This document shows positions 42,001 to 51,181 of a stretch of DNA of 64,000 nucleotides, one piece after another (position 1 is the first letter of the stretch; each line of letters opens with the position of its first letter). This stretch comes from Candidatus Krumholzibacteriia bacterium (lineage in GTDB: Bacteria > Krumholzibacteriota > Krumholzibacteriia > JAJRXK01). The stretch is from contig JBGPIA010000018.1 in assembly GCA_041484665.1 (NCBI GenBank), positions 1-64,000 of the forward strand. The letters are read 5' to 3'. Position numbers and translations under genes: made by a program. A model generated the notes under the pieces. The model did no database searches. It was not told the DNA's origin and saw only the letters and a list, made by a program, of their open reading frames with translations.

Positions 42001-43699
42001 GCGCAAGGCCATTCAGCGGATTCCATGCGGATACGTCCACGTTATCCACCAATGTCGACGGGCCTACGGGCCCATTGTCGATGGTGAGAAGCCGCTGGGC
42101 GGAGGGTTGTCCCGGCGGGGCCACGAGGGCGAACACGCGTGACCGCAGCGGGTCCGACGTGACCGACGGCGACGCGAAGCACCCAATGGACCCCCGAGCC
42201 ACGCCCAGGTCCAGGTGCAGGTCGATCTGCCACGTCTCGAAGCAAGCTTGGGCGTTGCCAAAGGTGAGACCGTTCATCAGCGCTGACGAGTTGGAGATGC
42301 TGAAATCGGCGTCGCTGGCATCCACCGTGGACTTGTTGGCGATGTCGCGGGCCCGCACGCGGATCTTCGCGACCGTGGCCACTGGCCCACTGACCGTCCA
42401 GACGAACGATCCGCTGTTGGGAATCCCCTGCGCCAGCGCTTCGATGAAGTTCACGCCGTCACGGGCTAACTCGACGTCCACCGAGGTCACGACGTTGTCG
42501 TCGGAAGCCGTCCACTGGATGGTGACGTTGCGGCCGATCACCAGATGGTCGCAGCAATTGGGATAGATCAGGGTGACCGCCGGAGCGGACGTATCGGTGA
42601 GATAGGCCCAGCGCAGATTGGAGGCCGTTTGATCGTAGTAGGCGATGGCCGGCAGCCCGGCCGGCCGATGCGTGATGTCCGCGTAGCGCCCGCGCCCAGC
42701 CGTGGTGTCGGCGAACTGGACGGTCCACCGGTACCCATCGAAGTATGCCGTCTTGAGCTTTGTGGTCAGCTGATCGTAGTACGCGACGCGGGGATGGCCT
42801 CCGGCGTCCACGTTGAGGGACGTGTAGAGCGCGTCGCAGCTGCTGTCGACGAGATCCTTGGCCCAGTTGTTGGGGCCGAGGCGGCGGGCGTGCCACAGGA
42901 ACCCCGTCGCGGCGTCGCGGTAGCAGACGTGGCGGACCAGGTCGGACCCGATCCCAAGACCGCAGTACTGGCCGATGGGCAGGGCGGCGGTACCCGCGTC
43001 GATGGTCTCGCTGATCCAACTGGGGGGAATTCCCGGGGTCGCCTGCTTCAGCGCTCCATTGGTGGCGTCGAAATAAACCACAACCGGGTTGTTGCCGCTG
43101 AGGGCGAGGGAAGCGAAACGGCCCACGTCGCCGGTGGTCGCCACGTTCGCCGTCGTCCAGCCGGACACGGAGTTGCCACCGGCGATTCGGCAATCCGCCC
43201 CTCCAACGTCGTAGTAGGTGACGTAGATCGTGCCCGTCGCGGTGATCGCCGTCGACGTGTAGTAGCCGGTGTTGCCGCCGGGCGGGTCGTCGACGCTATC
43301 GGTAGCCCACACGCCGCCCGGGAATCCGCTGACCAAGAGACGCTGCCCGGATGCATCGTAGAAGCTGATGACCGTGAGGCCGCTCAGCACGCGGGTCGAA
43401 CAGAACGCACCGACGGTCCCGGTCTGGGGATGCAGGGCCGTGGTCCACACGTTCCCTGCGCTCGCCGAACCGTAGTAGAGGCGCCGGCCGCTGGAGTTGT
43501 AGTAGGCGATGGCCGTCTGGCTGCCTGAACCGGGGGCGATCGAGATCGAGCGCTCGGTTCCCCCCGCCCCGGTGGTCGCGTCGACGATCGCATTGTTCCA
43601 GCCCGAGATCGCGGGAGTAACGATCGCCAACAGCCATCCCGCCAGCGCGAGCGCTTTGAGCAGACCGACCGGGGGCCGGAGCGGCTTCCTTGGATCCAT
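39098..43699 (-). CDS. Large multidomain secreted protein: propeller-like repeats, Ig-like, two lamin-tail-like domains, pectin-lyase-like beta-helix, C-terminal FlgD-Ig/T9SS-like domain
   Basis: Signal-like N-terminus; G.Y.S....G.P.IAYYD repeats; LLINEF and ILLNEVLY..DYVELYN; YLTINAAL..VRPGTYNE; tail PAPNPFNPST..YDVRGRRV..SGVYF; start uncertain. Confidence 0.8.
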   Translation of the reverse strand: MDPRKPLRPPVGLLKALALAGWLLAIVTPAISGWNNAIVDATTGAGGTERSISIAPGSGSQTAIAYYNSSGRRLYYGSASAGNVWTTALHPQTGTVGAFCSTRVLSGLTVISFYDASGQRLLVSGFPGGVWATDSVDDPPGGNTGYYTSTAITATGTIYVTYYDVGGADCRIAGGNSVSGWTTANVATTGDVGRFASLALSGNNPVVVYFDATNGALKQATPGIPPSWISETIDAGTAALPIGQYCGLGIGSDLVRHVCYRDAATGFLWHARRLGPNNWAKDLVDSSCDALYTSLNVDAGGHPRVAYYDQLTTKLKTAYFDGYRWTVQFADTTAGRGRYADITHRPAGLPAIAYYDQTASNLRWAYLTDTSAPAVTLIYPNCCDHLVIGRNVTIQWTASDDNVVTSVDVELARDGVNFIEALAQGIPNSGSFVWTVSGPVATVAKIRVRARDIANKSTVDASDADFSISNSSALMNGLTFGNAQACFETWQIDLHLDLGVARGSIGCFASPSVTSDPLRSRVFALVAPPGQPSAQRLLTIDNGPVGPSTLVDNVDVSAWNPLNGLALDPFGTGLYTLRGPTGAQQLGRIDAATGTFASLGTLQFAAQPHTSIVTLAFSPSGLLYGLTTSPSDQGLYRINANTLQVTFIGQTSGAAWAFDDMEFFGDELWAMGTELNAVQRIDPLTGSIVDGHSLLTATGTYGQGLAMYPCVTATPELTAVDLPQDGGGHVRLDWSAYVPAEPVAQYEILRSKDPCELTDAALAPIATVSGTAPATYVDPTATDFTAYYYGVRAIGVAKTHTVTTLFAGPAFAFPNLLINEFAPSGGVPKLGGSAAAGVAKVGEAVEIRNLSSTALDLTGFRLSNGPGAPSPDEESLSGVIPGGGLLVHTLTVIDLPNEGGTLELLPPAGTGFTLDIVGYGSQGGAPTVPAGFTVSRVEGTGRDASDQSSFEASAQTLAQTNTVPAPALGQSILLNEVLYTSSSGSDYVELYNPLGSTVVLSQFALSDGVNFLTTLGGGLNLGPGQIRLLQQGAAGSFTQNINSNLLYLYKITSDGQYQRVDQVGWSGGPVPPPAPNDALTRVPDGLAVYLGNKGANWPECGGGNVLVYGPRTPGEPNAQPGVAQVVVDKSGGGNYLTINAALAAVASGTRVLVRPGTYNESIALRNGVEIVGAGGNPASIVITGGAGGNPIVTANGVDASAVLAGVTVRGGSAANGAGLLVSNNGTPHVRNVRFESNRATQRGGAIAVTGGGPTIDGCFFLENGALLDGGAIALLGGALDVERSLFVLNDAGARGGAVYGGGSGSSVVQQCVFDRNVTWGLGASAIHSAGTSFDVFFVTATNGPNGPPLAAEATGHVSFICGALFGNAQPISLAGGLMDTTGVMMVDPRYCQPLGFNYALRDDSPLLHPAAMCSIAIIGIDGPPCAPVLTAVQPPPPPASTRLYAPAPNPFNPSTVLRFDLAQPGKAALAVYDVRGRRVTELLGSVRLEAGTHEIAWHGLDAAGRTVASGVYFARLSLEGNVVGQVQRLVLLK

Positions 43700-44168
43700 G
43701 GGTACACTTCCAGTCCAATGATCCGCGGGAGTGAACGCTGGGACTGCGGAACGGGGCTCCGGGCGCACCGGTAACGATCTTACCATGTCCGCACCCGCGA
43801 TCGGCGCAGCTGCCCGATGCCCAGGCGCCCGCCATTGCCGAATCGTCCCGCCGCCGAGACTCCTACCGGTGACGCGGCGCGCGGGGCTGCGTTCAAGAGC
43901 ACGAGCATGCGACGCACGCGCCAACACGATCGGTTCGCGGGTTGTCGATATAAAGCACTGCGCTCAAACAAGATACAACTCTGATGTTGCAAGTGCTGCG
44001 CCGGGGATTGGCCGCTAGAACTGGCGGTCCCGTCCCGGACGCGGATTCAACGTGATGTGCGCGCTGCGAGGCCCACACTGACATCCTACGATGCACACGC
44101 AGCGGACGAACAACCGCGCCGCCTTCGCCCGCCCTCCAGGACGAGCGCGGCCCCGCTGACCCGCACCC

Positions 44169-44290
44169 ATGGGCTCGCGCGATCGGGCCTTCGCCGCCGA
44201 GACGGTCTACGGGTGCCTGCGCCGCGCGCGGACGCTGGAGCATGTCCTCGCGTCGGGTGCACCCCGCCCTGGCGACTACGTGGCGGCCTA
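44169..44290 (+). pseudogene. RsmB/NOP-family methyltransferase N-terminal fragment
   Basis: MGSRDRAFAAETVYGCLRRARTLEHVL, then loses coherence. Confidence 0.45.
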
Positions 44291-44450
44291 TCCACTCCCC
44301 TCGCCAGCCTCGCCGCCGGCCACCTCGGGCCCGGGCGTGCCCGTGGTGGCCGGGGCGCAGCACACGATCTCAACGGGGCTCTGGGCGGCGCACCACCCTG
44401 CGGCCCGGCGGTCACGTGGGACCAACGCGCTGGGGAGCCCAGCCGCGGTC

Positions 44451-45266
44451 CTACTGGTAGCTGGCCTTCAGGGCCCCCCAGGTCGACGGGCCCTCCGGAA
44501 CCGGCCCGCCGCCCGGAGTCCACTGCAAGAGCAGGTGGGTGAACGGCCCGACCAACGGGGCCGTAACCACTTGCGTGCCTCCGACGACCGTCGGCCGGAA
44601 GTTGCTGCTGCAGCTGGGATGTTGGAGGGTGGCGGGCCCGCTGTGGCTCCAGGGAATATCGACCTCGAAGAAGACGTCGAAGAAGCTAGAGGCGCCGAAG
44701 TCCATCACGCGGGGTGGCTCGGGCTGCGGCTGCACCTTGTTGAACGTAAAGAGCGGCTGAACGTAGAACTGCGAGTCGAATGTCCCGCCCACCGGATCGG
44801 TGTGACGCGGGGTCATCGACCCTGATGGCGGAGGCGGCCCGGTGGACGAGAGTTCCATCTTGACGTTCCACTGCTGCGGGTTCTGGCCGCCGTTGTAGGT
44901 GACGACGATCGGCTCGATGCTGACCAGCGAGAGCGCCACGATCTCGATGGGGACCGTGTCGGTGGCCGGCGGCACGGGCAGCTGTGCGGACAGCGGGCGC
45001 CGCATCAACACCGCGGTGTTGCCCAGCGGCTCGGGGCAGCTGGGCTGCGGGGCCAAAGGTAGGCCACTCAAGTTCACGGTCCCCACGAACGGATCCGATC
45101 CCGGTCCGAAGAAATCTGCTGGGATCGCGTAGGGGCCTCCAAACGTGTGGCTGCTTCCGGGCTGGATCTCGAACAGGTCATCTCCCGGGAGCACATTGTC
45201 GGCGGTGGCGGGTCGGGCGCACAAGAGGGCCGCACCGACCAGCAGGACGGTGGCCGTGGGACGCAT
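44451..45266 (-). CDS. Secreted protein with C-terminal STWGxxKxxY tag
   Basis: AGGAGG RBS; signal peptide (PATA); IPADFFGPGSDPF..PIEIVALSL domain; ends GPSTWGALKASYQ. Confidence 0.85.
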   Translation of the reverse strand: MRPTATVLLVGAALLCARPATADNVLPGDDLFEIQPGSSHTFGGPYAIPADFFGPGSDPFVGTVNLSGLPLAPQPSCPEPLGNTAVLMRRPLSAQLPVPPATDTVPIEIVALSLVSIEPIVVTYNGGQNPQQWNVKMELSSTGPPPPSGSMTPRHTDPVGGTFDSQFYVQPLFTFNKVQPQPEPPRVMDFGASSFFDVFFEVDIPWSHSGPATLQHPSCSSNFRPTVVGGTQVVTAPLVGPFTHLLLQWTPGGGPVPEGPSTWGALKASYQ

Positions 45267-45350
45267 GGCGTCCTCCTTCCTTATCGGGTGGCGTTGCGCC
45301 GCGGTGCTCGCAACGGGCGTGGCGAGGGGTTCCGCGGCGGCAGGACCAGG

Positions 45351-45454
45351 CTAGCCCCCTGGCCTACTCCGGGTCAACGGGGCCGCCCCACTTTCTCATG
45401 GAGCGGGTGCCGCAAGCCCATCTGCGCTGCGGGCCCCGTCCGGGGATGGTGGCG
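45351..45454. repeat. 104-bp dispersed element, copy B
   Basis: CTAG-CCCCCTGGCCTACTCCGGGTCAACGGGGCCGCCCCACTTTCTCATGGA..; abuts the stop codon at 45455. Confidence 0.9.
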
Positions 45455-46435
45455 CTAAGGCTGCGGGGACAGGCTGATCGCCACCTGCACACGCTGCCCC
45501 AGCTTCAGGGGCGTCGGGAGGTCGAGGGCGACCTTCACCAGCAGCACGCGCGTGTCGGTGGGGCGGCCTGGGTCCTGCGGCTTCAGCGCTCGGTGGGTGA
45601 CCGCCTCGGGGATCTCCTCGACGTGCCCGCGCCAGGTCCGGCCCTCGTATCCTTCGGCCGTGACCTCGACCGGCGCGCCCAGTGCCACGCGATCGGCGTC
45701 GAACTCGTCGACCTCGGCCTCGATGCGCAGGTGCGCCAGGTCCGCGATCGTCAGAATCGGATCGCCACGCTCCAGGGTCTCGCCGGCATCGGCCTGGCGC
45801 TCCACGACGGCCCCGTCGATCGGCGCGACGATCCGGGTCTTCTCCAGGAGCGCGTTCAGTCGCGCGATCGAAGCGACCGCCGTGTCGTGGCGCGCCTGCG
45901 CCGCGTCGCGGTCGCGCAGGCGCCGGTCCAGCTCCTGACTCGGCGTTACGCCGGCGTCGACCAGCTTGCGCGCTCGATCGATCTCGATCGCGGCGAGCTT
46001 TAGCTCGGCGTCGGATTCGGCCAGCCGCGCACGCGACTCCTGCCATTCGGCGCGGAGATCGTCGGCAAGGATCGATGCCAACGGCTGCCCGCGTCGGACC
46101 CTGTCGCGCTCCTGGACGGCCACGTTGGTCAGGGTGCCGGCAATGTCGGTGCCGACAGCGACCTCGCCGCCCGGATAGGTCACGACCCGCCCCTCGGCGT
46201 GAAGGGCGCGTGCGTCCGCACCGCCGGGGCCGGCGGTGGGGGCGACACCCGCGGCACTGGTAGCACCTGCACTACCAGCAGCCCCAATGGCACCAGCGGC
46301 GCTCGAGGCGGCGGCGGTCGCTTCGGCCCCCGGATCGCGTGCCGAGGAGGCGCGGCGTGTCTGGGCCACCAGCGCTGCAGTCAGCGCCAGGCTGAGCATT
46401 GGAAGCGCGATGCGAAAGATCACATTGCGATTCAC
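45455..46435 (-). CDS. Efflux periplasmic adaptor (HlyD/MFP family)
   Basis: AEGRVV..GTLTNVAVQERDRVRRGQPL, coiled coil, IVAPIDGAV..GE, LKLGQRV; GTG start with AAGGAG. Confidence 0.88.
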   Translation of the reverse strand: MNRNVIFRIALPMLSLALTAALVAQTRRASSARDPGAEATAAASSAAGAIGAAGSAGATSAAGVAPTAGPGGADARALHAEGRVVTYPGGEVAVGTDIAGTLTNVAVQERDRVRRGQPLASILADDLRAEWQESRARLAESDAELKLAAIEIDRARKLVDAGVTPSQELDRRLRDRDAAQARHDTAVASIARLNALLEKTRIVAPIDGAVVERQADAGETLERGDPILTIADLAHLRIEAEVDEFDADRVALGAPVEVTAEGYEGRTWRGHVEEIPEAVTHRALKPQDPGRPTDTRVLLVKVALDLPTPLKLGQRVQVAISLSPQP

Positions 46436-46487
46436 GGCAGACTCCTTCTTTCCCCTGCTCTGCGTAGTGTGCTGGATCTCGCGCGCG

Positions 46488-47159
46488 TCAAGCCGCCAAA
46501 CGGCCGTCGCGGATCGCCAGCACGCGATCGGAGATGTCGCGGACCTTGGGATCGTGGGTGACGATGAGCACGGCGCGGTCCTCGCGCTTGGCCAGATCGC
46601 GAAACAGATCGAGTGCCTGCGCTCCCACCTGCGAGTCGAGGTTGGCCGTCGGCTCATCCGCCAGCACGATGGGCGGCCGCCCCGCCAGGGCGCGCGCCAG
46701 CGCCACACGTTGTTTCTGGCCGCCGGACAGGTCGCGTGGCAGGAAGTGCTTGCGGTCGCCCATGCCCACCGCCTCCAGCACGCGCTCGGCCTCGCGCCGC
46801 GCCGCAGTCTTGCGCGCGCCCTTGACCTGCAAGGCGTAGGCGACGTTCTCGAGCGCGGTCAGCGACGGGAACAGATTGAACTGCTGGAATACGAACCCGA
46901 TCGACCGGCGGCGCACCTCCCGCAGGCGCGCCTCGCTGCGACCGTCCACGGGTTTGCCCTCGATCAGCACGTCGCCCGTCGAGGGCGACAATATACAGCC
47001 CAGGATCGAGAGCAGCGTCGTCTTGCCCGAGCCCGACGGCCCCTCCAGAGCCACGATCTCGCCCGGCACCACGCTCAGCGAGACGCCGCGCAGCACCGGG
47101 ACGGGTTCGCTGCCCTCGCGGAAGGTCTTCGTTACGTTGCGTGCTTCCAGGACTTCCAT
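46488..47159 (-). CDS. ABC transporter ATP-binding protein (LolD/MacB type)
   Basis: GPSGSGKTT, LSGGQKQRVALARAL, LADEPT, VTHD. Confidence 0.95.
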   Translation of the reverse strand: MEVLEARNVTKTFREGSEPVPVLRGVSLSVVPGEIVALEGPSGSGKTTLLSILGCILSPSTGDVLIEGKPVDGRSEARLREVRRRSIGFVFQQFNLFPSLTALENVAYALQVKGARKTAARREAERVLEAVGMGDRKHFLPRDLSGGQKQRVALARALAGRPPIVLADEPTANLDSQVGAQALDLFRDLAKREDRAVLIVTHDPKVRDISDRVLAIRDGRLAA

Positions 47160-47182
47160 GGTTCTCCCCTCCTTCGCGGCGC

Positions 47183-48310
47183 TCAAGTGCGGAACACCAG
47201 CGCCGGGTCAATCCGTGCGATGCGGCGAAAGCTCACCATGGCCGAGGCCAGGCACAGCGCCAGCGCTCCGGCGAACACCCACGCGTTCAGCGCTCGTGGG
47301 ATCACCAGCCTCAGATCCATGTGCGCCAGGAGTTCCCGCGTCGCGTACGCCATCCCCGCTCCCAGCGCGAAGCCCGCCACGGCGGCGATCGCCGCCTGCT
47401 TGGCTAGGATGGCGTAGATGTCGCCGTTGCTGCCGCCGATCGCCTTGACCGTGCCGAACTCCTTGAGGTGCTCCATCGTGGACGTGTAGAGCGTCTGTGC
47501 CACGACCACGATGCCGACCAGGCAACCCAGGAATACCGTCAGGCCCATGTTGATCCCCAGGCCGGTGCTGACGATCCAGTAGGTGCGCGAGCGGCGGGCC
47601 CATTCCTCGCGCGTGAACACGTCATTGTGAGGCAGGCGGCGGGCGATCTCGGCGCGGACTGCTTCGCGATCGGCGCCCGGCGCCAGCTTGACGAGGATGT
47701 AGCTGGTGCGCGAACGGGCATCGGCGGACATCAGGGCCTGCGCCTGCTCGTAGTCCATGAAGGCCAGCGGCGTGGTCGTGAACGACCGCGCGCCGTGCGT
47801 GATCCCGACGATCTGCAGGCGCCGGCCGTTGACCTCGCGGTAATCGCCGGCCTGGAAGGGGCCGAAGCGCTTGGCGGCCGAGGCGTCCAGGAAGAAGTAC
47901 GGGCCGCGGCGGAGATCATCGACGTTCCCCTGGTCGATGTTCCAGGGCAGGCCCCACGCGGTGAGGTCTTCCGCCGCGTAGGTCACCATCGACTCCTCGG
48001 CGCCGCTGGGCAGGGCCACTTGCAGGAATGCCACGATGAGGTTGTCCGCTCGCTGCACCCCGGGCACGGCGCGCACGCGCTGCACGTAGCCTTCGGGGAA
48101 GAGCCGGGCGAAATCCACGTTGGGCGTATTGCGCGTCGTCACCCACAGGTCGGCCGTGGCCTTCTCGATGCTGATCGAGGCGTTGCCCAAGAGCCCGAGG
48201 AACAGGCCCACCTGCACGAACACCAGCGTCACCGCGAACGCAACACCGGATACGGTGATGGCAAAGCGGAGCTTGTCGTGCAACAGGCTCTTGAGCGCGA
48301 GGTCGGTCAT
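47183..48310 (-). CDS. ABC transporter permease (FtsX/DevC type)
   Basis: HDKLRFAITVSGVAFAVTLVFVQVG; EFGTVKAIG; ends IDPALVF. Confidence 0.92.
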   Translation of the reverse strand: MTDLALKSLLHDKLRFAITVSGVAFAVTLVFVQVGLFLGLLGNASISIEKATADLWVTTRNTPNVDFARLFPEGYVQRVRAVPGVQRADNLIVAFLQVALPSGAEESMVTYAAEDLTAWGLPWNIDQGNVDDLRRGPYFFLDASAAKRFGPFQAGDYREVNGRRLQIVGITHGARSFTTTPLAFMDYEQAQALMSADARSRTSYILVKLAPGADREAVRAEIARRLPHNDVFTREEWARRSRTYWIVSTGLGINMGLTVFLGCLVGIVVVAQTLYTSTMEHLKEFGTVKAIGGSNGDIYAILAKQAAIAAVAGFALGAGMAYATRELLAHMDLRLVIPRALNAWVFAGALALCLASAMVSFRRIARIDPALVFRT

Positions 48311-49056
48311 GGCCGGGGCCTCGGGGACCGCGAGGACCGCGGCGACTTGCGGACCGGCCCGCCCGTCTTGGCCGCAGCGACCGGTGGGGCCTTGCCGGCG
48401 TGGGCGTCCGCGGCGCCCGGTGCGGCCGCGCCTTCCCGGCGGATTCCGCGCATCAGGGCCTGCGTCATGTGGGTGGCCAGCACGTCGGGGTCGTGCATCT
48501 GGATCCAGGATTCCTTGCGGTCGATGCAGAGGGCGGCCACCCCATGCACACCTGCCCACAGCGTCTGCGCGAGCAGGTCCGCGTCGTGGAGGTCGTCGCG
48601 CACCTGGCCGGCGGCGATGGCCTCCGCGCACGAGGCGCGCAGAAACGCGTAGGCATCCTTCTCGGGGTCACCCTTCGTGCACTGCTGCTGATCGTCGAGC
48701 GGCACGTCTGGGTGCTCGGTCATGAACATAAATCGGTAGTGATTAGGGTGCTCGACGGCGAAGCGCACGTACGCCTCGCCCATGCGCCGGATGCGCTCCA
48801 GCGGATCGCGCACGGGCGCCAGCTCGTTGAGGTGGAGGGCCAGCCCGGCGAAGTCGCTACGGCACAGCTCCCGGAACAGTGACTCCTTGTCGGGGAAATG
48901 GAGGTAGAGGGCTGTCGGGGAGTACTCGATGCGCTCGGCGATGCGGCGCATCGAGACCGCCTCGATCCCCTCCTTGGCGAACAGCTCGCGGGCCGCGTCG
49001 AGGATCTTCGTCCTGCGCTCGTGGCGCTCTCGCTCCCGGCGTTCCTGCGTTCCCAT
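48307..49056 (-). CDS. TetR/AcrR-family regulator
   Basis: ILDAARELF..SMRRIAERIEYSPTALYLHFPDKE; WAGVHG (WHG-type C-terminus). Confidence 0.93.
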   Translation of the reverse strand: MGTQERRERERHERRTKILDAARELFAKEGIEAVSMRRIAERIEYSPTALYLHFPDKESLFRELCRSDFAGLALHLNELAPVRDPLERIRRMGEAYVRFAVEHPNHYRFMFMTEHPDVPLDDQQQCTKGDPEKDAYAFLRASCAEAIAAGQVRDDLHDADLLAQTLWAGVHGVAALCIDRKESWIQMHDPDVLATHMTQALMRGIRREGAAAPGAADAHAGKAPPVAAAKTGGPVRKSPRSSRSPRPRP

Positions 49057-49073
49057 AACGGCACACTCTTTCT

Positions 49074-49113
49074 GAACAGTGTTAAGTATATGCTGACTGT
49101 TCTGTGATGTCAA
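49074..49113 (-). promoter_or_regulatory. Sigma-70 promoter with overlapping TetR-type operator
   Basis: Minus strand TTGACA (49113-49108), 17 bp, TATACT (49090-49085); inverted repeat GAACAGT...ACTGTTC (49074-49102). Confidence 0.8.
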
Positions 49114-49227
49114 GGGGGGGACTCGAGAATCGCCGGTGTGGGCGGCCGGTCGAACCGTCAACTGATTCTATCTACGGTTTGAGCTCGCAAGGGCTGACGC
49201 GGGTTGGGGTTGGCTGGGATGGGGCCC

Positions 49228-49300
49228 CTCGCGATCTACGACGTGCGCGGACAGTTGGTGGCGACGCTGGCAAGCGGCGCGCTGGCGGCGGGGCCGCATT
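49228..49300 (+). pseudogene. Isolated fragment of a FlgD-Ig/T9SS-like sorting domain
   Basis: LAIYDVRGQLVATLASGALAAGPH with no upstream gene. Confidence 0.55.
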
Positions 49301-49428
49301 TCGAAATGAGAGCGCAAAGGGCGGGAGCGATTCCGGCCAGCCGCTTTGCGGGACCGGTCACCCGGCGGTCCGGACCGAATAGGAACGGGTCGTGTCAATG
49401 GACGGACCCGCCGGAGACCGGATCGCCG

Positions 49429-50565
49429 CTACTTCGCGAGCACGAGCGTTTGGCTCTGCATCGCCTCACCGGCGAGCAGTCTCGCCACGTACACCCCGGA
49501 TGAGACCCGCAGTCCGCTCGCGTCTCGACCGTCCCAGAATACGGACCCCTCCCCGGGCGGAAGCATCCGATCGACCAGGGTCGCCACCCAGCGGCCGCGC
49601 ACGTCGTGGACCGTCAGGCGCACCGGACCTGCGAGCGGAGTGGAGTAGCGGATCGTCGTCCCGGGGTTGAAGGGGTTCGGGAACGCACCCCTCAGAAGGA
49701 GTCGGACCCGCGGGGCCGCCTCCGCCACAGCGGTCGAGATGTCGAGCAGCGACACCTCCACGACGAGGCGGGCCGGCACGAACGCGCTGCAAGTATAGAG
49801 CTGGACGTCGCCCGATCCCGTCGAGGTGGCCTCCATCCTGAAACGAGCGCTGATCGTGATCTCGTCGCCGACGTGACGGCTCGGCAGCAGGACGGTGTTG
49901 CCGACGCCGGCGGGGAACGCGACGTAGCGCGACGCGCTCAGCTGGCGCACCAGCGAGTCCTCCGCGACGGTCGCCCCGTTCAGCCGGACAGAATAGCGAG
50001 CCTCGATCCGAGCTGCGGCCGTACCTCCGGAAGCCTCGACGATCGCGTTGCAGCACACGCTCGGAGCGATGCGGACGTCGAAGACGAGGGGGAGCTGATC
50101 CGACGCCTCGGGGTCGATCCGGAAGACGAACGGGTTGGTCTCCCCATCCAGCTCCGCCCATGCATGGCCAAAGGTGCAGAAGCTCGAGATCGCCGATACC
50201 TGCTGGATGTAGGTGAGACCGGGCGTAGGCGTGACGGACCAGTTGAGGCTGCCGCCCATGCCGGCTGAGCTCCCGCAACCTATGCCCGTGATGAGGCCGC
50301 CGACGGATGCCTGGTCGATGCAACAACTGAAGTCGGCGCAGCTGCTGGAGACCGTCCCCGAGCCCGTGGTGACCACCTGCTCCCAAGCGCCGGTCAGATG
50401 GGCACCGCTGCCGCTGCCGACCAGCGTGAAGGTCAGGGCGCTGGCGGGAGTGGCGAGAGCGGCGAGAGCGGCGACCAGCGCCACCGAGGCATTCGGGATT
50501 TTCAGCGGGCCGCCGGACAAACCGCAAGAGCGGATCCTGCGGCAGAGATGCGACAGTTGGATCAT
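49429..50565 (-). CDS. Secreted Cys-containing protein with C-terminal FlgD-Ig/T9SS-like domain
   Basis: Hydrophobic stretch ALVAALAALATPASA; tail AFPNPFNPGTTI..HDVRGRWV..WDGRD..SGVY; start uncertain. Confidence 0.75.
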   Translation of the reverse strand: MIQLSHLCRRIRSCGLSGGPLKIPNASVALVAALAALATPASALTFTLVGSGSGAHLTGAWEQVVTTGSGTVSSSCADFSCCIDQASVGGLITGIGCGSSAGMGGSLNWSVTPTPGLTYIQQVSAISSFCTFGHAWAELDGETNPFVFRIDPEASDQLPLVFDVRIAPSVCCNAIVEASGGTAAARIEARYSVRLNGATVAEDSLVRQLSASRYVAFPAGVGNTVLLPSRHVGDEITISARFRMEATSTGSGDVQLYTCSAFVPARLVVEVSLLDISTAVAEAAPRVRLLLRGAFPNPFNPGTTIRYSTPLAGPVRLTVHDVRGRWVATLVDRMLPPGEGSVFWDGRDASGLRVSSGVYVARLLAGEAMQSQTLVLAK

Positions 50566-51181
50566 GGTGACCGACCTCACGATCTTACAGCGGTGGGCCC
50601 CTGAAATGGTGTCGTGCAGCATCGCACGGCGGCCGGTCGCCGTCAAATCGTGGATCAGGGCGCTGCGCCGCTGGACCCCCAGCTTCGAGCGGATGGGGCA
50701 TTGGGTTTTGCCGCTGCCCTCAGCGAGCGGCACCACGCTGGGATCGCTGGAGGAGCATGCCGGCACGATGCAGGTCGTGATCGTGCTACACATGGATCGC
50801 TCGGCCAACCGACCGGCGCCATTGCACACAGGCGCACCGCTCGTCATCTCTCTGAGACTTTTCCCTGCGATTTACAAGACCACGCAACGGCTCGAGCCGA
50901 CGGACCCGAGCCAGCGGACCCAACTCCGGAGGATGCTTCATGAACCCACAGATCTGCGCACGGCTGACTCGGCCATGCGGGTCCGCTCCCGGTGATTTGA
51001 CTCCTGAGGGGCAAAAGGTGTCGAATTGCAGGAATTTTGACCCCAGCGGAGGGTCGCGCGCTCAATTGGAGCACCCCCAGGGCGCCGTCGTGCGGTAGAT
51101 TCTCGGGGCTCGCAAAACAACTCGGGCGCCAATCACCTTTTCGCAGCACCCGACCGCGGACTCTTCCGAAGGAGCTGTTCC

